A stretch of DNA of 64,000 bases from the NCBI RefSeq assembly GCF_009914755.1, contig NC_060931.1. One strand, written 5' to 3'. Shown in pieces: positions 40,250 through 56,033 of the stretch; the first letter of the stretch is position 1; each line of letters starts with the position of its first letter. The notes under the pieces were generated by a model, which did not search any database, was not told the origin of the DNA, and saw only the letters and a list, made by a program, of their open reading frames with translations. The position numbers were made by a program, and so were the translations under genes. This DNA is from the human T2T-CHM13v2.0 reference genome, Homo sapiens.

Positions 40250-41660
40250 AAACACATAATAAATGAGAAACTTTTTTTGCTATCATGGAATTCAGAGAAT
40301 AATGAGAGAGAGAGTTAAGCAACAAATACAACAGAGTGGCATAAGAATTAAACTTCACTATTATTATTAATAATTAGATGCTTCCCATGTGCAGAAACTA
40401 ATGTGTTATCTAATTTATGTCTCCAAACAGAGCTCGTGCTCCTAACTCTTAACTACCAATATGGAAATAGAAATACACACAGAGTTAGTGTAAAGAAAAG
40501 TGCATCGAGCTCTTACTAGGAGGTAAAAGAAAGATGTTGCAGAGGAAGTGGTAATTGGGTTGCGTCATGAAGAATGTTTTAAAAAAGGTTATCACAGAGA
40601 GAACATGTGCAAATACAGATAACCCCCAAGTATTTCAGGAAGCAAATAGCAGGGCAGTTTAGCTGTACTGGCTGACTTATGGGATGGGATGGGAGTTGTA
40701 AACAAGCGTCATTTTCTAAGAGCCCTGAAATCTGTTAATGAATTTAAGGGTTTTGATTTTATCTTGGGGACAAGGGAAAGTCATTTAAGAAATTTTTTCT
40801 CATGTTAGGAGCACCCTAATATTATTTGGGTTCTAAAATAATCATCACAATTGTTGTATGAAAATATATAGGAGAGGGCAGAGTGTGTAGGTGTAAAAAA
40901 ACCAGAATTCTGTTGTAACCATCTATGTAATTGATGAAGGATTATAAATTCAGGCAGGGCAATAGAGATGGAAAGGCAAGCGGTATTAACGAACTATTTA
41001 GGAGGACAACTCAACCAGTGTATAATGACTGTTTTAAGAGTGAATGGCTGTGTTATTAACAATTATGCCAGAAAAAATAGGTACACATTGGGGCTCTTCC
41101 AAGCAAGCTGAGACATATGACACCCTAGCTGTAAGAGATGTAAAATCAATGATATAGGATTTCAGAGGAGGAAAGGAGAGAGAATTGTTTACCAGGCTTT
41201 GAATCATGGTTCTGCTACTAACTAGCTGCAACAACAGTAGGCAATTACATAACCTCTGTATAGTTGTTTCCTCACTTTGAGTGGGGACCATGGGTTGTGT
41301 GATAATTAAATAAGTAAATACATGTAAAATAATTAGCATAATGACTAACACATGGTCTGAGCTATATAGTGGTTTGTTCTTAACAGGGGAAACATTTTCT
41401 GGGGAAGGGAGAATTTGAGTTGGGCCTTGAAGAATGTATGGAATAATAGCATATGGAAAATATGAAAAGAAGAGAAAATGCAAAAATTGGGTATTAGATG
41501 AATTTGAGAAATGGAAAACGGTCCAGTATTATTGAGCTGCACAGTATGGAAAGTAATGAGACATAGACCAGGAGATATAGTGGGAAGGCGCTACACAAAG
41601 AACATGAAATGAAAGGAATTTAGACTTTATTCAGTAAGCAATAGAACATCACCGAAGTAT
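40250..41660 (-). mobile_element. L2 fragments with an interleaved MIR (~41170-41370, plus strand)
   Basis: Purine-rich L2-antisense phrases such as 'gttttgattttatcttgggg..gggaaagtcattt' and 'aggaatttagactttattc'. Confidence 0.55.
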
Positions 41661-43427
41661 TTCATCAGGGCTGGCCTCTGAAAATAGGTTAGATTTTAAG
41701 ATGGGGGAAGTAAATGTGGCTAAAGTATGCACAATTATTTGGTACAGGAAGAATTACAACTGATCTTGGCCTTAGCCAATGACCTTGATCTTTTAACTCT
41801 ACCATATCAGTTCTTTGTGAACTCTGCTGCCACCCACCAGGGTCTAACAAGTGAAACCCAGATAAATGTATTGTTTGAGGAAAAAGTGTGACAAGTGAAT
41901 GAAGTATGGTCAAAATTTTTCTCCCATGAATGCTGTGTTGCCTTACATAAATCATAGAATATCAACGTTCTTAGCCTTAAAAGGAATGGGGTTTGATCAC
42001 AGAGTTTGATGAATATAAAAAATTTAGTTTTCTGACTTTCTATTAAATTTCTAGAATGGTTTCCTGCTGCATATATGTCTACTCATACCCTTAAAATAAA
42101 GCCCCATTACTGAATTCATTCTTTACAACCTGTAAAACTTTAATTATCCTTCAGAGATTCAAATTATTTTGTGAGAATTAAGTGAGCAATTTTTGCTTGC
42201 ACGTACTGGATGCTTAATACATGGTGGCTATTTATTACAACATTAAGATCAGAAATGACCATTGTAGAGGGAAACTGCATAGTGTAGTAGATTAGAGCAA
42301 AGAATATGGAGTCTGACTACTTTGTACAAACCCTAGGTTTGACACTTACTAATCATATGGCCCAGGGTGAGTTATTCAGTATATTTAATTGGAGGTAATA
42401 CCACTACAAATTCTAATGAGTTGTTATTGAAAATTTAATGTGAAAATACTTCCTGAAAAATAATGAATACTGGATAGGCTCACAATAAAATAAATAAATA
42501 ATAAATAAATAAATAGAAATGATACTCATTAAATTTTCTTTGGAATATATCAGTCCAATTCTCAGTAACTATAAGTAACTGAGAATTCTTGGGCTGAGAC
42601 CACTGTAACTGTGCTTCTAAACTTCAGTCCTTTTAAAATATATTCTTCAAAATTAGCTACTTCTTCATGAAGAAAATTATAACTCTTTTTCCACCATTTA
42701 ACTTTTTTTTATTATGTACATAAGACTAGGATACTTAGTCTTATGTGTAGTAGCAAGATGCTACAAGAATAGCAATAGATTCTCACAAATGTCTGTGGAC
42801 CACAATAATTGAAATATTTTAAAAATATGTTGAACTTGTCATATGTAATAATCTGTACATTAATCAGTTTACAGATCAAAAAATAAATAACAAAAAAACC
42901 CTAAACAATGTACTTTATGATTAGAATCTCAAATTTTTATAGTTAAGAATGCAATTTTTTTCCCTAAAGTAAGTTGGGGATTCATTAATTATTTAAGTCT
43001 TAAATTTGATTGCATTTATTCATATTAATAATTCATATTAAACAAAATATCTATTGCATTAAAATTATGTCACAAAATGTATGTGAATAATCATGATGCC
43101 TAAGAGTGGTAAGTGACATACAGTAAAACAGGTATCTATATTTCAAAAAAGATAAAGTAACAATGCTGAAAACATTTTTTAGTACTTTCTATGTGATAAA
43201 TTACAAGTAAGTAAGATCATTTCTATAATGTAAACTGCATCTTTCATTTTGTGGCCTTAGGGATTAAATTGCCTGAGTTCAACTCCAGATTGTATTTGTT
43301 ACTATGACTGTAAACTTGGGCAGAGTTCTTTACCTTCTTTGCCTTCTTGTGCTTGAGTTTCAAGCATTATTTTAATTGTTAGATTGAAATATGAACTACA
43401 TTTTTAATCCTCACAACAATGTATACC

Positions 43428-43819
43428 CTATGGTTGAATGTCCCCTCTGAAACTCATATTGAAACTTACTTGCTATTGTGACAGATTTAAGAATTGGAAT
43501 CTTTAAGATGTGATTAGGTCATTAGGGTTTTGTCTTCATGAATTTATTAATACTATTACTACCTAAATGGGGAGTGAGTTAGTTATGTGAAGAATGGGCT
43601 CCTGATAAAAGGATAAATTTGCACCCTATTTGCTCTCCGTATTGCATGATTGCTTGCCCTCTGCCATGTTATATCTCAGCATGAAGGCCCTCAACAGATG
43701 CCAGTACCTTGATCTTGGACTTTGTAGCCTCTAGAACTTTGAGCCAAATAAACTTCTATTATTTATAAATTACCCAGTCTGTGGTATTCTGTTATTGCAA
43801 CAGAAAACAGACTATGATA
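43428..43819 (+). mobile_element. MST-family (MaLR) solo LTR inserted in a MIR
   Basis: 'tatggttgaatgtcccctctgaaactcatattgaaac...aaattacccagtctgtggtattctgttattgcaacagaaaacagactatgata'. Antisense MIR sequence lies on both sides. Confidence 0.85.
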
Positions 43820-46466
43820 CTTTGTATTGTTATAATCCTCATTACACACAGGAGGAAACTGAAGCACAAGAAGGTAAAGAACTCCGTGCAAGTTCATAGG
43901 CACAGTAACAAATAAAATCAGGAGCCAAACTCAGGCACTTTAATCCCAAAGGCCACAAAATAAAAAATGCAGTTTACATTAATGAAATGATTTACTTATT
44001 TGTAATGTAAGTTGTTTTTTAAAAAAGCATGAGATGACTAATTGTGTATTTACAATATTCATATTAAAGTTTTTATAATCATAGTATATGAAATATTAAA
44101 AAAAATCTCCCAGGCAACATATTCCTTTACACAAAATAAATATTTAATTTGATAACGAATATGTGCCAAGTAGATTAATAATTCCAATACATTTCCTATC
44201 TACACAAATGGTGAAATAACAGCTACAGAAATTTAATATTCACTAAACATGTTTCTCTACAATCATTACTTAAAATACATATCACAAATAGTATGTATTT
44301 TTTTCTTTCTTGATGTGTTATTTAAAAGATAAATAAAATGGAGATAGTTACCTAAAAAAAAGTATCTTTACACATGAGTGGATCTTGAGTAAATTTAATA
44401 TAATTTTGAAGATTAGATAAATACTCTTAGACTTCCATTAATTTTGGATGCTAAAGGGCAATAACCAAAACACTCTATTATCTGTGTCCTCAGAAGTCAG
44501 ATCTTCTAAGTCTCTGCTCATCCTGCTACCACTCTATTGCGTTTGCTGCTATAGAGTAAAATTTTTCTATTCTTCTCTTTATCTGTTAGCTTCTGAAAAC
44601 TTCTGCTTTCTATTATTTCATTGTATATATTACTTCATAATTCTGCTGCACATTTCTTATGCTTTCTCATTTTGCACATTGCATCCTTGCAGCTCTCTTG
44701 TACTCTGATTTCTATTGCCCTTTACTATTTAGGTATCTCATAAATATATCTCCAGACAAAAGGACTAATTGGGGCAGTTATTTGAGTATAGAGTGTTGCT
44801 GAGAAGAATTTGTTTTCCTGATAGTTTGTCAATTACATCACTGAATGGGCAGTGTATGCACTAGGTTAGGAGTCGTAGGCCAAATTTAAGGATACCTAAA
44901 GTGACTGGAAATATAAGGGGGAAATCCTAGAAAGACAGGGACCACGGAAAGGGAGCCATAATATCTGCATACAAAGTGCCCTCAAAGCCTGGCTGACTCT
45001 TAAATTACTCACATGTAGGGCAAGACACTAAGAAACCTGATGAAAAACTCAGAGGTTGATAAGTTGTAAAATTGCTAAGCAGAGATTTCAATTGCTGTCT
45101 GGTGCTAGCAAAAGAGAATTTAGAGTTCAAATCCTGCCACGTGAGAGGGGCTTTGTAAACACCTCCAGCATTTCATTATTTAAAAAAAAAAAAAAAAAAA
45201 AAAAGACAAGGCTTGCCCTAAAATTGAAGATCACCAAGGATAAGGAATATGCCCTAAGGCTAAAGGCGGTGCCAAAAATCCCCACATATCCTAACAATGT
45301 ATAAGTCAAAGTCTCCAAAAATACAGGGTAGTTAGCCAATTATTTCACCACCTCCTAGAATCATAATAAGGAATGGTCAGATGGACAAAACAGAATCTAG
45401 AGTCTTTACAACAAATCTGCCATAATGATTTACATGTAATATTGACAATAAATTACTAGATGTACAAAGAAAAAACACAAATGCGATTCATATCAAGTAA
45501 AATAACAGTCAATTGAAGTAGACCTGAATATGAACCAGATATTGGAATTAGCAGACAAGAATTTTTAAATAATTATTACATTTAGGACATAAAGGCAAAA
45601 TAGTCACAGTAAGTGAAAGAGCCTCTCAGCAGAGAAAAACTGTTTATTTAAAAAAGCCAAATTCTAGAACATAAATGTATAATATTTAATGTGAGAAATA
45701 CACTGAATGGATTCAATAGCAGCTTGGAGAAAGTAGGTAAAAGATTAAATAAACTTGAAGACAAATTAATATGTTATTCAATCTGGATACAAGAGAAAGT
45801 AAAATCTTATAAATTACAGAGCATTTCTGATCTCTAAGGTAGTGTCATACAGAATACACATGTAATTGATGTTCCCAGAGGGGAGTAGAAAGAGAAAAGG
45901 ACAGAAACAATGTTTAAGAAAATCATGACCAGGACCCCTTAACTCCAAATTTGATTTTCAAAGCACATACTTGTAAGCCCCAGATTAATGTTTTTTAAAT
46001 ACCACAGTGGCACGTTGTAGTCAAACTGCTAATATTTTAAAAGGAAGAGAAAAATTTTGTAAACATCTAGCAATGAAAAGACACATTATCTATGATATAA
46101 TAATGATATGAAAATTGAATTATTAGAAAAAATAAAAGTTTAAAGACAATGAGATAAACTTTTTAAAGTACTGAAAAAAATGCAACAAAGGAATATCCAT
46201 TAAGAATTTCATATTCAGAAAAGTATCTTTCAAAAATTAAGGAAAACATGACATCTTAAGGTAGACAAAAACTGAATAGATTTGTTGCTACAGGTCTGCA
46301 TTACAAAAGATGCAGTTTTTCAGTCTGAAAAGAAATAATAACAGTTGAAAACTTAGGTTAATGGAAAGAATGAAGACGATTAGAAGGTAAACATCTGGGC
46401 AAATAAAGAAGATTAACTGTTTTATCTTCTTGATTCCTTTAAATATAACTGACTAATTAAATCTAA

Positions 46467-46795
<329 letters not shown>

Positions 46796-46963
46796 GTATT
46801 TTGGGATTTATAATGTGAAAGATTAGCACATGTGAGAATGCTAGCTAAAAGGTTGGGAGGGCTTAGATTGAATTATATTACTATAAAAGTCTTACATTTA
46901 TGATAAGTATTATATTAATTCAAGGTAAGATATGATAGGAATGCATATTTAATCCCTAGAATA

Positions 46964-47030
46964 GACACACATACACACACACACACACACACACAAAGAG
47001 AGGGAGAAAGGTGGGGAGAGAGAGAGAGAA
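46964..47030. repeat. (CA)n followed by GA-rich microsatellite
   Basis: Direct reading. Confidence 0.9.
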
Positions 47031-47646
47031 AACAAGTCAGTAGAGGATGCCTACATTTTACTTTAGCCACTTCTGTCTTATACCATCTAGCTCCTTGCCA
47101 GAGCAATAAGGCAAGAAAAAAAATAGCACAAATATAGGGGAAAAAAAAGAAACAAAACTGTCTTTATTCAAAGACCACAAAATTATGCATGACAAAAATC
47201 CTAGAGAAAATTAAATTATTTTACAAATGTGTGAATAATGCATCCTTTAAAGCTATGATAATCAATAAATTGAGGAACTGACATAAAGGGAAACAAATAC
47301 ATCAATGAAAGTGAGTATGAGTCTAAAAATAAATACAAACATATGTGGTCAACTTTTTCTCAACAAGTCATCACGGACATCTAATGGATTTTTTTAAGTC
47401 TCTATAATAAATGGGGCTATAGTGGTTATGTACAAAGAAATCTGGCATCTTGATTCTACCACATACCATATGTAAAAGTTAATTCAAGAATATCACAGAA
47501 TAATGGTAAAAGTTAAAACTCTGAAATTTTCAAAAGTAATCCTAGAAGACTATCTTTCAGAGTTTGTGATAGTCGAAGATTTCTTAGAGAATATTTAAAA
47601 AAAATAGTGAACTTCAAAATTTAATATTTCTGTTCATGAAAAGTCA

Positions 47647-47768
47647 TCAGTGGTGCAATCTCAGCTCACTTCAAGTTCTGCCTCCCTGGTTCATGCCATC
47701 CTCCTGCCTCAGCCTCACGAGTAGCTGGGACTACAGGCACCCGCCACCATGCCCGGCTAATTTTTTTG
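47647..47768 (-). mobile_element. Internal Alu right-arm fragment (AluY-like)
   Basis: cagtggtgcaatctcagctcac...cccggctaattttttt, with no tail and no left arm. Confidence 0.85.
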
Positions 47769-47772
47769 AACA

Positions 47773-48051
<279 letters not shown>

Positions 48052-48492
48052 TCATTGAATCATTCGGTTCAAATCTTCAATATCAAAGAATTAAGTTATT
48101 TATCTGCTACATTTCTCTACTCAAGCATTACATGATATATACATAAACAATGTGATAATAAATTTAAGATAAAACAAAGGTAATAGTGTAATAGTATCAT
48201 TATATGATTGCTAGTGTACTGTGAAAACTCAGCTAACACCCAAATAACACCTGACATCTAAAAAAATACTTAAAACCTTCCACAGTTTTAAGTTAAAAAC
48301 ATGTATTAAATAAAAAGATTTTCTTGCTATCTTTAGTGAATTCACAAGAAGAGACTATAACTGAATATGTGCTGCAGAGGCTTTAGATCCATGAACAATA
48401 CACAGACAAAAATATAATCAAAAAAATTAAGCAACAGAGTAGAGTTTCAAGCCAAATGTTTCATAACTTTCAAAAAAAGAGGATGACAATAG

Positions 48493-48864
<372 letters not shown>

Positions 48865-51054
48865 TAAACAGAAAATTTCTATAAACTATTTGGTACGTTT
48901 TATGGCCTATTTTTTATCTCACAGTCTTTCAAAAATGTGATTTTAAGGTTTTTTTCCTTCCTTTTATTCTAATGTGATTGATTTTAGGAGAACTGAATCT
49001 TCTTCACTTTCAAAAAAATCAGTATCTTCTTAAGATCATATTCCCCTTAGAGTGAGAACTGATTTTTATGGATGTTAGGAGAAGTGAAACAATTGTAAGA
49101 ATGAAACTCTATTCAGGAATATACAGGGCTCTTTGGCTAACATGGTCATCTCTACAGCTCGCATATCATTTCTGTCAATGGAGATCCAAGTATGATGCCT
49201 GATATTAAACAGTATGCAAGTGGCCTATAGGGTTTCATACAATTTACAGTACAGGAAAACATAAAGTGAGTATCTTTCTAGACTAAAGGCTGTCATTTTC
49301 AGTTTTTACTTTTTACTTATTAATCTGTGTATTAACTCTTAATTGAAAAAAGCAAGACAAGCAAATGATAAAAATAATTTTAAAAAAATACTTAATACTC
49401 CTCCCACTCCAGTCCTCTATTCCATTTGTCTTTCTCTCCAGAAGCAGTCATGGTGTCCAATCTCTTGGCTCTCCATCCTGAATTATTCTACTATTTGTAA
49501 ACAAACTATTCTATGTTGTGTATAATAAACGAATGTAACTACACGGTTGAGAAATATTTCAGAAATGTTTTCACGGTTAATAATACAATTTAAAATTCCA
49601 AGATCCAAACCATGAATTTCAGAAGATGTGTTCTTGCTTCCCATGCAGCTCAACTGTAGGAACCCACACATAGTAAAGTATTTTGAAAAGCATAAAGTGT
49701 AACACAAGGGGGAGGTTCTAAGCATTGCTTTTGAAGTGGAAATGAAGCCACTTGGAGGTTCTTGGCAAACAGGAATAAGTCTCACCAGTGGCTTTTCTCC
49801 ACTCTTGCTTTACTTCATGAAATGGAACTCAAGACCTAGCTCATGGCCCTCTCATCGGGACACAGGAAGAGGTGAAAGTGACTGAGGCACTATTGTTCTG
49901 TATCCAAACTAATACCTGACCCGACACATGGCGTGACCTGGAGCAGAGCTGCTATAAAATGTAATTCTCCCTTAACCCCTCCATGTAAATCATCAGAAAG
50001 CTTCCCTCCACTGATTTAAACAAATTTGGTCTTTGACCTCTAGAGTCAGAATTGGCCGCAACATCTCTTTCAGATGGTTGTGGTATTGAGTGTTTGATGT
50101 GTGTTAAGTATCATAAAACACAATACTATTTCATGATAGATCTTCAAATAATGCTACATATGTCCAAAGTCACGGTAACAGTCTCTTTATTCCAAGTAAA
50201 TCAGTAGCATAAAATACTGCAGGTTAATGGAATAATGCACTTTGTTGTATCAAGATTTCACATATAATGCAGCTGTGATTTGTAGTGTTGTTTAACCAGT
50301 TGCAACACCTGTCAACATGCTTCCTCTAGTAACTTCAAAAGGCTTCCAATAAATACCAAATGTTTAAAAGAGTGCTTGTGTGTATAGGTAAGAATTTTTC
50401 TAGGTCTGTGATTTTTGGTATTTTAGCAATAGGATTGGTACAAATATTCATAAACCAATCAGCTGCTTAATAATTACAAACATTCAAATCTGACAGTTTG
50501 AAATGCCACGGAAGACTCTAAAATTACATTTCTTCAGGTTTTTTTGGAAAAAAATTAACAATATACTGAACAATTTTAAATAAAATTTAATCTCTGTAGT
50601 TAGAGCAAGTTTTCCAATCAAAAATTATTTTCATAATTTCTATACAATTTTTAAGGGTGTTTCAAAGAGTTTCAACAGATTATAGATATATTTATATATA
50701 CACATATACATATGTTTATATCTCTGAATTGAAATGAATTTCAACATCTCTTGGTAAATAATGTTTAATAAACTGTAATACAGGAAGATATTGTATTGAA
50801 TATAGTATTAAAATGTTTTGGCACTTAATAGTTCAAAAAATTGTTTTATTTAATTGAGACCAACTGGCCTCATTGCTTCTTATAAACTTTGCAATATATA
50901 TTCAGTAAAAACGAATAAAAATGAACAGATGTTTCTCCTTAGAAAAGGCAGACAAAGATTTTTCTTACACAATAAATCATCTGCTAGTGGATTTCCAGGA
51001 CATTGCTTCAGGCTGTTTAGGTATAAAACTTACAAAGATAAAAAAAAGTTTTAC

Positions 51055-51150
51055 CTCTGTATGGATCCAAAATTGGTAAAGAAGATTGAATTGAAGATGA
51101 ACAGCATATACTGAAGGGGGTATGAAGAGGGCCAGGGGAGAGTAGAAAAT
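51055..51150 (-). CDS. AGMO: AGMO internal coding exon (likely exon 5): IFYSPLALFIPPSVYAVHLQFNLLYQFWIHTE
   Basis: ttttctttcag|ATTTTC...ACAGAG|gtaaaa. 96 nt, phase 0-0, continues the frame of the previous exon. Confidence 0.97.
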
Positions 51151-53379
51151 CTGAAAGAAAAAATTAAAAAAAAATTAATTTGCATATATGAATTCTCAAT
51201 GCTTTGTTAATGGTTCAATATTCTGAATGCATATTTCTTTAGGAAATATATCTCATACTATATACTGTATATTTTATTGCCATGTTTACTTTGCAACATT
51301 AATTTTCCTCATGGTGATACAGTTACAGACATGTTGGAGCTAAGGCCACTGGACTTTGATTTTGCATTTAATATTGTCTAGTTAAAATATTATATGTTGT
51401 GTGTTATTTCCTTAATTTTAAAAAGGTTGGATGTGTTTTCTGGAATTAAAGGGATGTTTTATGTACACACAAATACTCTCTTTATGTTAAAAAATGTAGG
51501 AATGGATGACTTTATACCTTTGACAGCTCCCAAATTCTGTATTATTACCTGGCATTTTCAATAATAATGTGAAATTATAATAAAATAAATTAATTTCATA
51601 CAAGGAGAGGACAGCATATACTTTTCCTTTTAACTTGGTTTTTGTATGATTGATTGATGACATCATATCTCTTAATTTTTTCGAAGTTATTAGGAAGGAG
51701 GTATGATATGGTTCCATGGTGAAAAAAATTTTAAAGGTCCATATTACGTAATAAACAGAAATGCCTCTTCCTTACAAAGACAACTTATGATTAAACCACA
51801 GAACTGGTTAGAATTAACTAATAAGCATGATCTGCTTGTTCTGCTAATGACTTTGATCCCCAAGAGTGGTTTCATGCTGGAAAGAAACATTTTATTAAAT
51901 GAGAGACTAAATAACCAAATGAGAATAAAATGAATCTGACTTTCACTTTACGTTTCTAATTTTATAGAGTTTATACTTCTGAAAGACTGGATGTTTTAAA
52001 AATATTTCTTCTGAGTATTATAATTTTATTTTAAAGTTATTTTATGACATGTTCTCAGTTATGCAAAATGTAATTTCAAGGATGTTTAGCAATGATTATA
52101 CATGTAAAACTCGTCTAGTTCTTGTTTTGAAACTTGTCATAAAAATTTCAACTGTCATCATAAGTAGAATGTTTTTTTTTAATATAAACATGTTATTAAG
52201 CAATGGATTAGATTAGTGAGAAAAGAATACTGGGCTCTCATTCAAGAGATCAATTTTTAGTCCATGTTTCCACTAGAGACTCTCTCTGTGATACTCCCTA
52301 AGTTCTTAAGCTTCTCTAGGCTTCAGTTTCCTGAAATTAGTGGCGGAGGGGAAAACCATTTAAAACATAGTCATCCTTTTTGTTCCAAAAGATCTGTGAT
52401 ACTATGATTTGATTGTTTCATAATACATTAAAACAATTATCTCCCAATAGGTTAACAGCAAAATACTTGCAAAACATATATGGCCTATGATATAAGTCCT
52501 CTAAGTTGAGGAGTGTTTTGGAATCTCCTCTTTGAGAGCTGAGAAAAATATGAAACAACTTTATTTTGGATGCTTAATAAGTAGTTCTGTTTGGAAAGAC
52601 TATGCATAGCAGATGAATATTTATAGTTCATTATAATTTCCCAAAGTGTGGAGAAGCAGTCCCTTGAAATAATGACAGCTATTATGGAAAAAGTGGTTAA
52701 AAGATCAGATAAGTCGTGAAGTGGTAAATTAAACAACTGAAGTTTCTTTAACACAGGTCTTTTAAGAGCTTTTACCATGCTAATGTGAATCACAAGTCTA
52801 TTAGCACACAGAATACTTTCTTGATGAGTTTACCATAGGATTAGATTTTCTGAAAACTCATTTTATGAAACAGTGTGCTAAATCTTATATATCAGTAATA
52901 TAATGAGGAACTGACCAATGGAAAAATAAGCTCACTATGAATTCCAAAATACTATATTTCTAACAAAAAATATAGGTGAGGAAATAATTCACATGAATCA
53001 CATGAGTGATAATTTCTTATGATTAATACTGTTCTAGAAAAAGAATCTAATGACACAATCAAGGTTCTAATTTTTACAATTGAAAGCAGCTTAGTAAATG
53101 TGGTCCAGGTAGGAGAATTCTCACTTTTCTTCTCTACCTCCAAACTTTGCATTTCCGAATCCTATATAACTTATAAAACCAATTTAAAGGCCACTTCCAT
53201 TATAAATCTTTATATGGTACTAAGTTAACTGAAGAAATTTCTCAATCCTCAAACTCAGAGTAACTTGGTAGCTGGATTAGGCACATGATACCCTTTACCA
53301 AATACATCCATATCTACCATGCATTCAAACCCATGTCATTCTGACTCTTAGTTTCTTTAGCTTTAAATTACACTGTCTA

Positions 53380-55500
53380 CCCTAGGTCATTTTATTGTCT
53401 TGTAGAAGTCATACATAATAAGGCTATAATGGAGAAAAACAACCCAGACCTATGTGTTTGAGGAAAGAATGAATACAAGCCTGAAGGCGATCTAAGGCTA
53501 ACAGACAGCAGATGAGTGGATTTTATTCTCTTACTAAGTGAACGTGGCGAGCAGGGGTTGTGTGAGACAGTATCATGAAGCAAGAAACAATATGGCATTT
53601 AGGGGAAGCTAAACATATTTGCTATTGTAGAAGGCGTTGGAGAGTAGTGTGGCTAGAAATCAGGTTGGACCATGGGATTTCTTGACAGACCTCAGGGAAT
53701 CCATGAATCCCTTGATGCCATTATAACAACGTGTGAGCCTGTGTGCGTGGGAGAGTGTGTATTTTTCTCAAGAAACAACTGATAGCCTTCATCAGCGAGT
53801 CTTCGGTATGTCTGTGCCTCGCCACAGCCAACACAGAAAAAGAATTTAGACAGTGGCTAAACCAGAGAAGGGAGCCATTTCAAGAAGATTGGGCATAAGG
53901 AAACAATTCACATCTTTTTAAGCATGTAAGAGATGGAAAATATAAAAATATGTTTGGAACCTATTTCAATAGCCCAGAGAAAAGTGATGCATATTTAATC
54001 ACAGCAGTAGCCATGGGGATGGAGAGATAAAGTACATGCAACAGATTTAAGGATTTGGCAGCTGTTAAACATAGGAGTTGAGAGGTAAATAGCAGTGTCG
54101 GAAGACACCCAGATTTCTGGCTTGTCTGTTGGTGATATTGTTCACCAAGAAGGTGGACAGGAGGAAGAATAGGTTGTAAAGTTCAACTTGGGGAATGTCG
54201 TGTTGGGGTCTATGGGGTGTATGTCCAGGAGGCTATTGAGTAAGATTTTGGAAATGTCTGGCTGGAATTACATCTCAGGGAATCAGGAAGTGTCTTGGTT
54301 GAACTTGTTGATATGGGTGTCATGCAAATATCAATTTTATTTAGCTTACAGGTGTGTCCACAGTGGGAAGATAGTCAAAGATGCAACTCTATGAGAAGTC
54401 AGAAAGAGTTGCAGTAAATGAGGCTGAAACAGGACAGTCTCAGAGGTGGGAAAGATCTGGTACCTAGCATCATCAGAGATGATGAGAAATTTTTAAGAGA
54501 CAGAGAGAAGACTCCCAGTTAATGTCCAAGTGAGATAGGAACTGAAAAAAAATAAGTGAGATGGAATTTGCAGGTATGAATCAGCAGAACAGTAGGCCTA
54601 GAATGCAGTCCTCAAGTTCACAAACCCAAGTTAGTAAGTTTAAGAATCAGCCAGAGGAGGTAACAAAATGAAAAGAGGGATTACCTCTATGTTTCTCTGA
54701 TAACAAAAAAGGAGACAGCTGGATGTATTCCTTCAATAAAACAATGGATGAGGGAGGAGATATTACCTGTTTATTTTTTTTTAATGTGAGAGATCTTACT
54801 ATATTTATGGCTTATTCAGAAGGAGCCAGTTGAAAGGAAGAGGGAAAATGCCAAGAGTATTTGATAGCACAAAGTCCAAGAGAAAAAAAACAGTAAGGTA
54901 AGAGCAATGTCACCAACCTAAGGATTAGACCAACGGAAGAGAGGTGAACATTTTCTATAAAACTAGAGGTAAGAATGCATGTTCACTTGTGAGTTCATGA
55001 GTTTTAATTGAAAATGTATGAACAGGGAAGACCAGAGAAGGGAAACTGAAAAAAATAAAAAAACCCTCACATTTCTCTTTGAAGTTTTAAATATGTTGAA
55101 GAGGCAGCAGTGGGGAAGAGATCTTGAGGAGACAGTGAAATTCTAAAGAGTTTCCCCAAGGTAGAGAGGAGAAAATAGGGCAGTCTCATGTCCATGGCTT
55201 GGTACGCAGTATTTAGGGGTCAGGTGTATCTGAATCCATACATGGAGGGGCACGAAATTGCCAACCTGGTACAAGAGGAAGCCTGCAGCACTCAGCAATC
55301 TGGATGTGGGAGTGAAGAGGGTAGATGACTGGATTTACTCATGGCCTGAAGATTTCAAGGCACAGGATTTCAGCAGAGGATGCAGACTGTGCTTCACAGA
55401 GTCATGGAAACTAGGCTTCTTAGTTTGGACGAGGTAAGTAAAGTGAGGAGGCAATGACAAACAGAAAATGTAGGAGGTGAGAGAGTAAAGTACTCCACGA
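53380..55500 (-). mobile_element. Extended degraded L2 LINE region
   Basis: L2-antisense phrases such as 'gaagacacccagatttctggcttg', 'tgtccaggaggctattg' and 'gtagccatggggatggagag'. Confidence 0.55.
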
Positions 55501-56033
55501 GTAAGCTGCTAAGCAAATGGCTAAACAGCGTAAAATTACTTTTAAATAAATGAAAAACGAAAAAGCTTTTGGACTCTAGAATTCATGTCTACTTTAATAG
55601 TTGAAAAATATTTCATTAACATTACTAATGTACATATTTCTAGGATTTTCATTTATTTTTACATTACTTTAGAGAAAAAGCAATTTAAAAAAATGTTCAT
55701 CCGAATTCAGAAACTAAAGATTGAAGAATCAAATAGCATGTGCCACATTCCTTAAGTCTATGATTAGTAATGACACAGATCAAAATTACCTGATTATAGA
55801 TAGAGAGCATTGATCTCTGTCCTTAAGACATATCTACTTAGATTTTATGTTTGAAATAAGAGTTTGTGTTTCTATTTAGAAAATCATTATCTTTAAGTAA
55901 CCTATGCCTATTTTTCTGGTCCCATTTCTATGCACTTAACCATTTCCTTTTTACCCCATTCCACCATTGTATACATCCTATATTCTAGCCACACTCATAC
56001 TGTTATGAGTTGAAATGATTTTCATTAACATGG

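Noticed and set aside
42718-42746. 11-bp-arm hairpin acataagacta/tagtcttatgt (similar AT-rich hairpin at ~4453-4477)
   Set aside because: Too short for a pre-miRNA or MITE and plausible by chance or local fold-back in AT-rich DNA.
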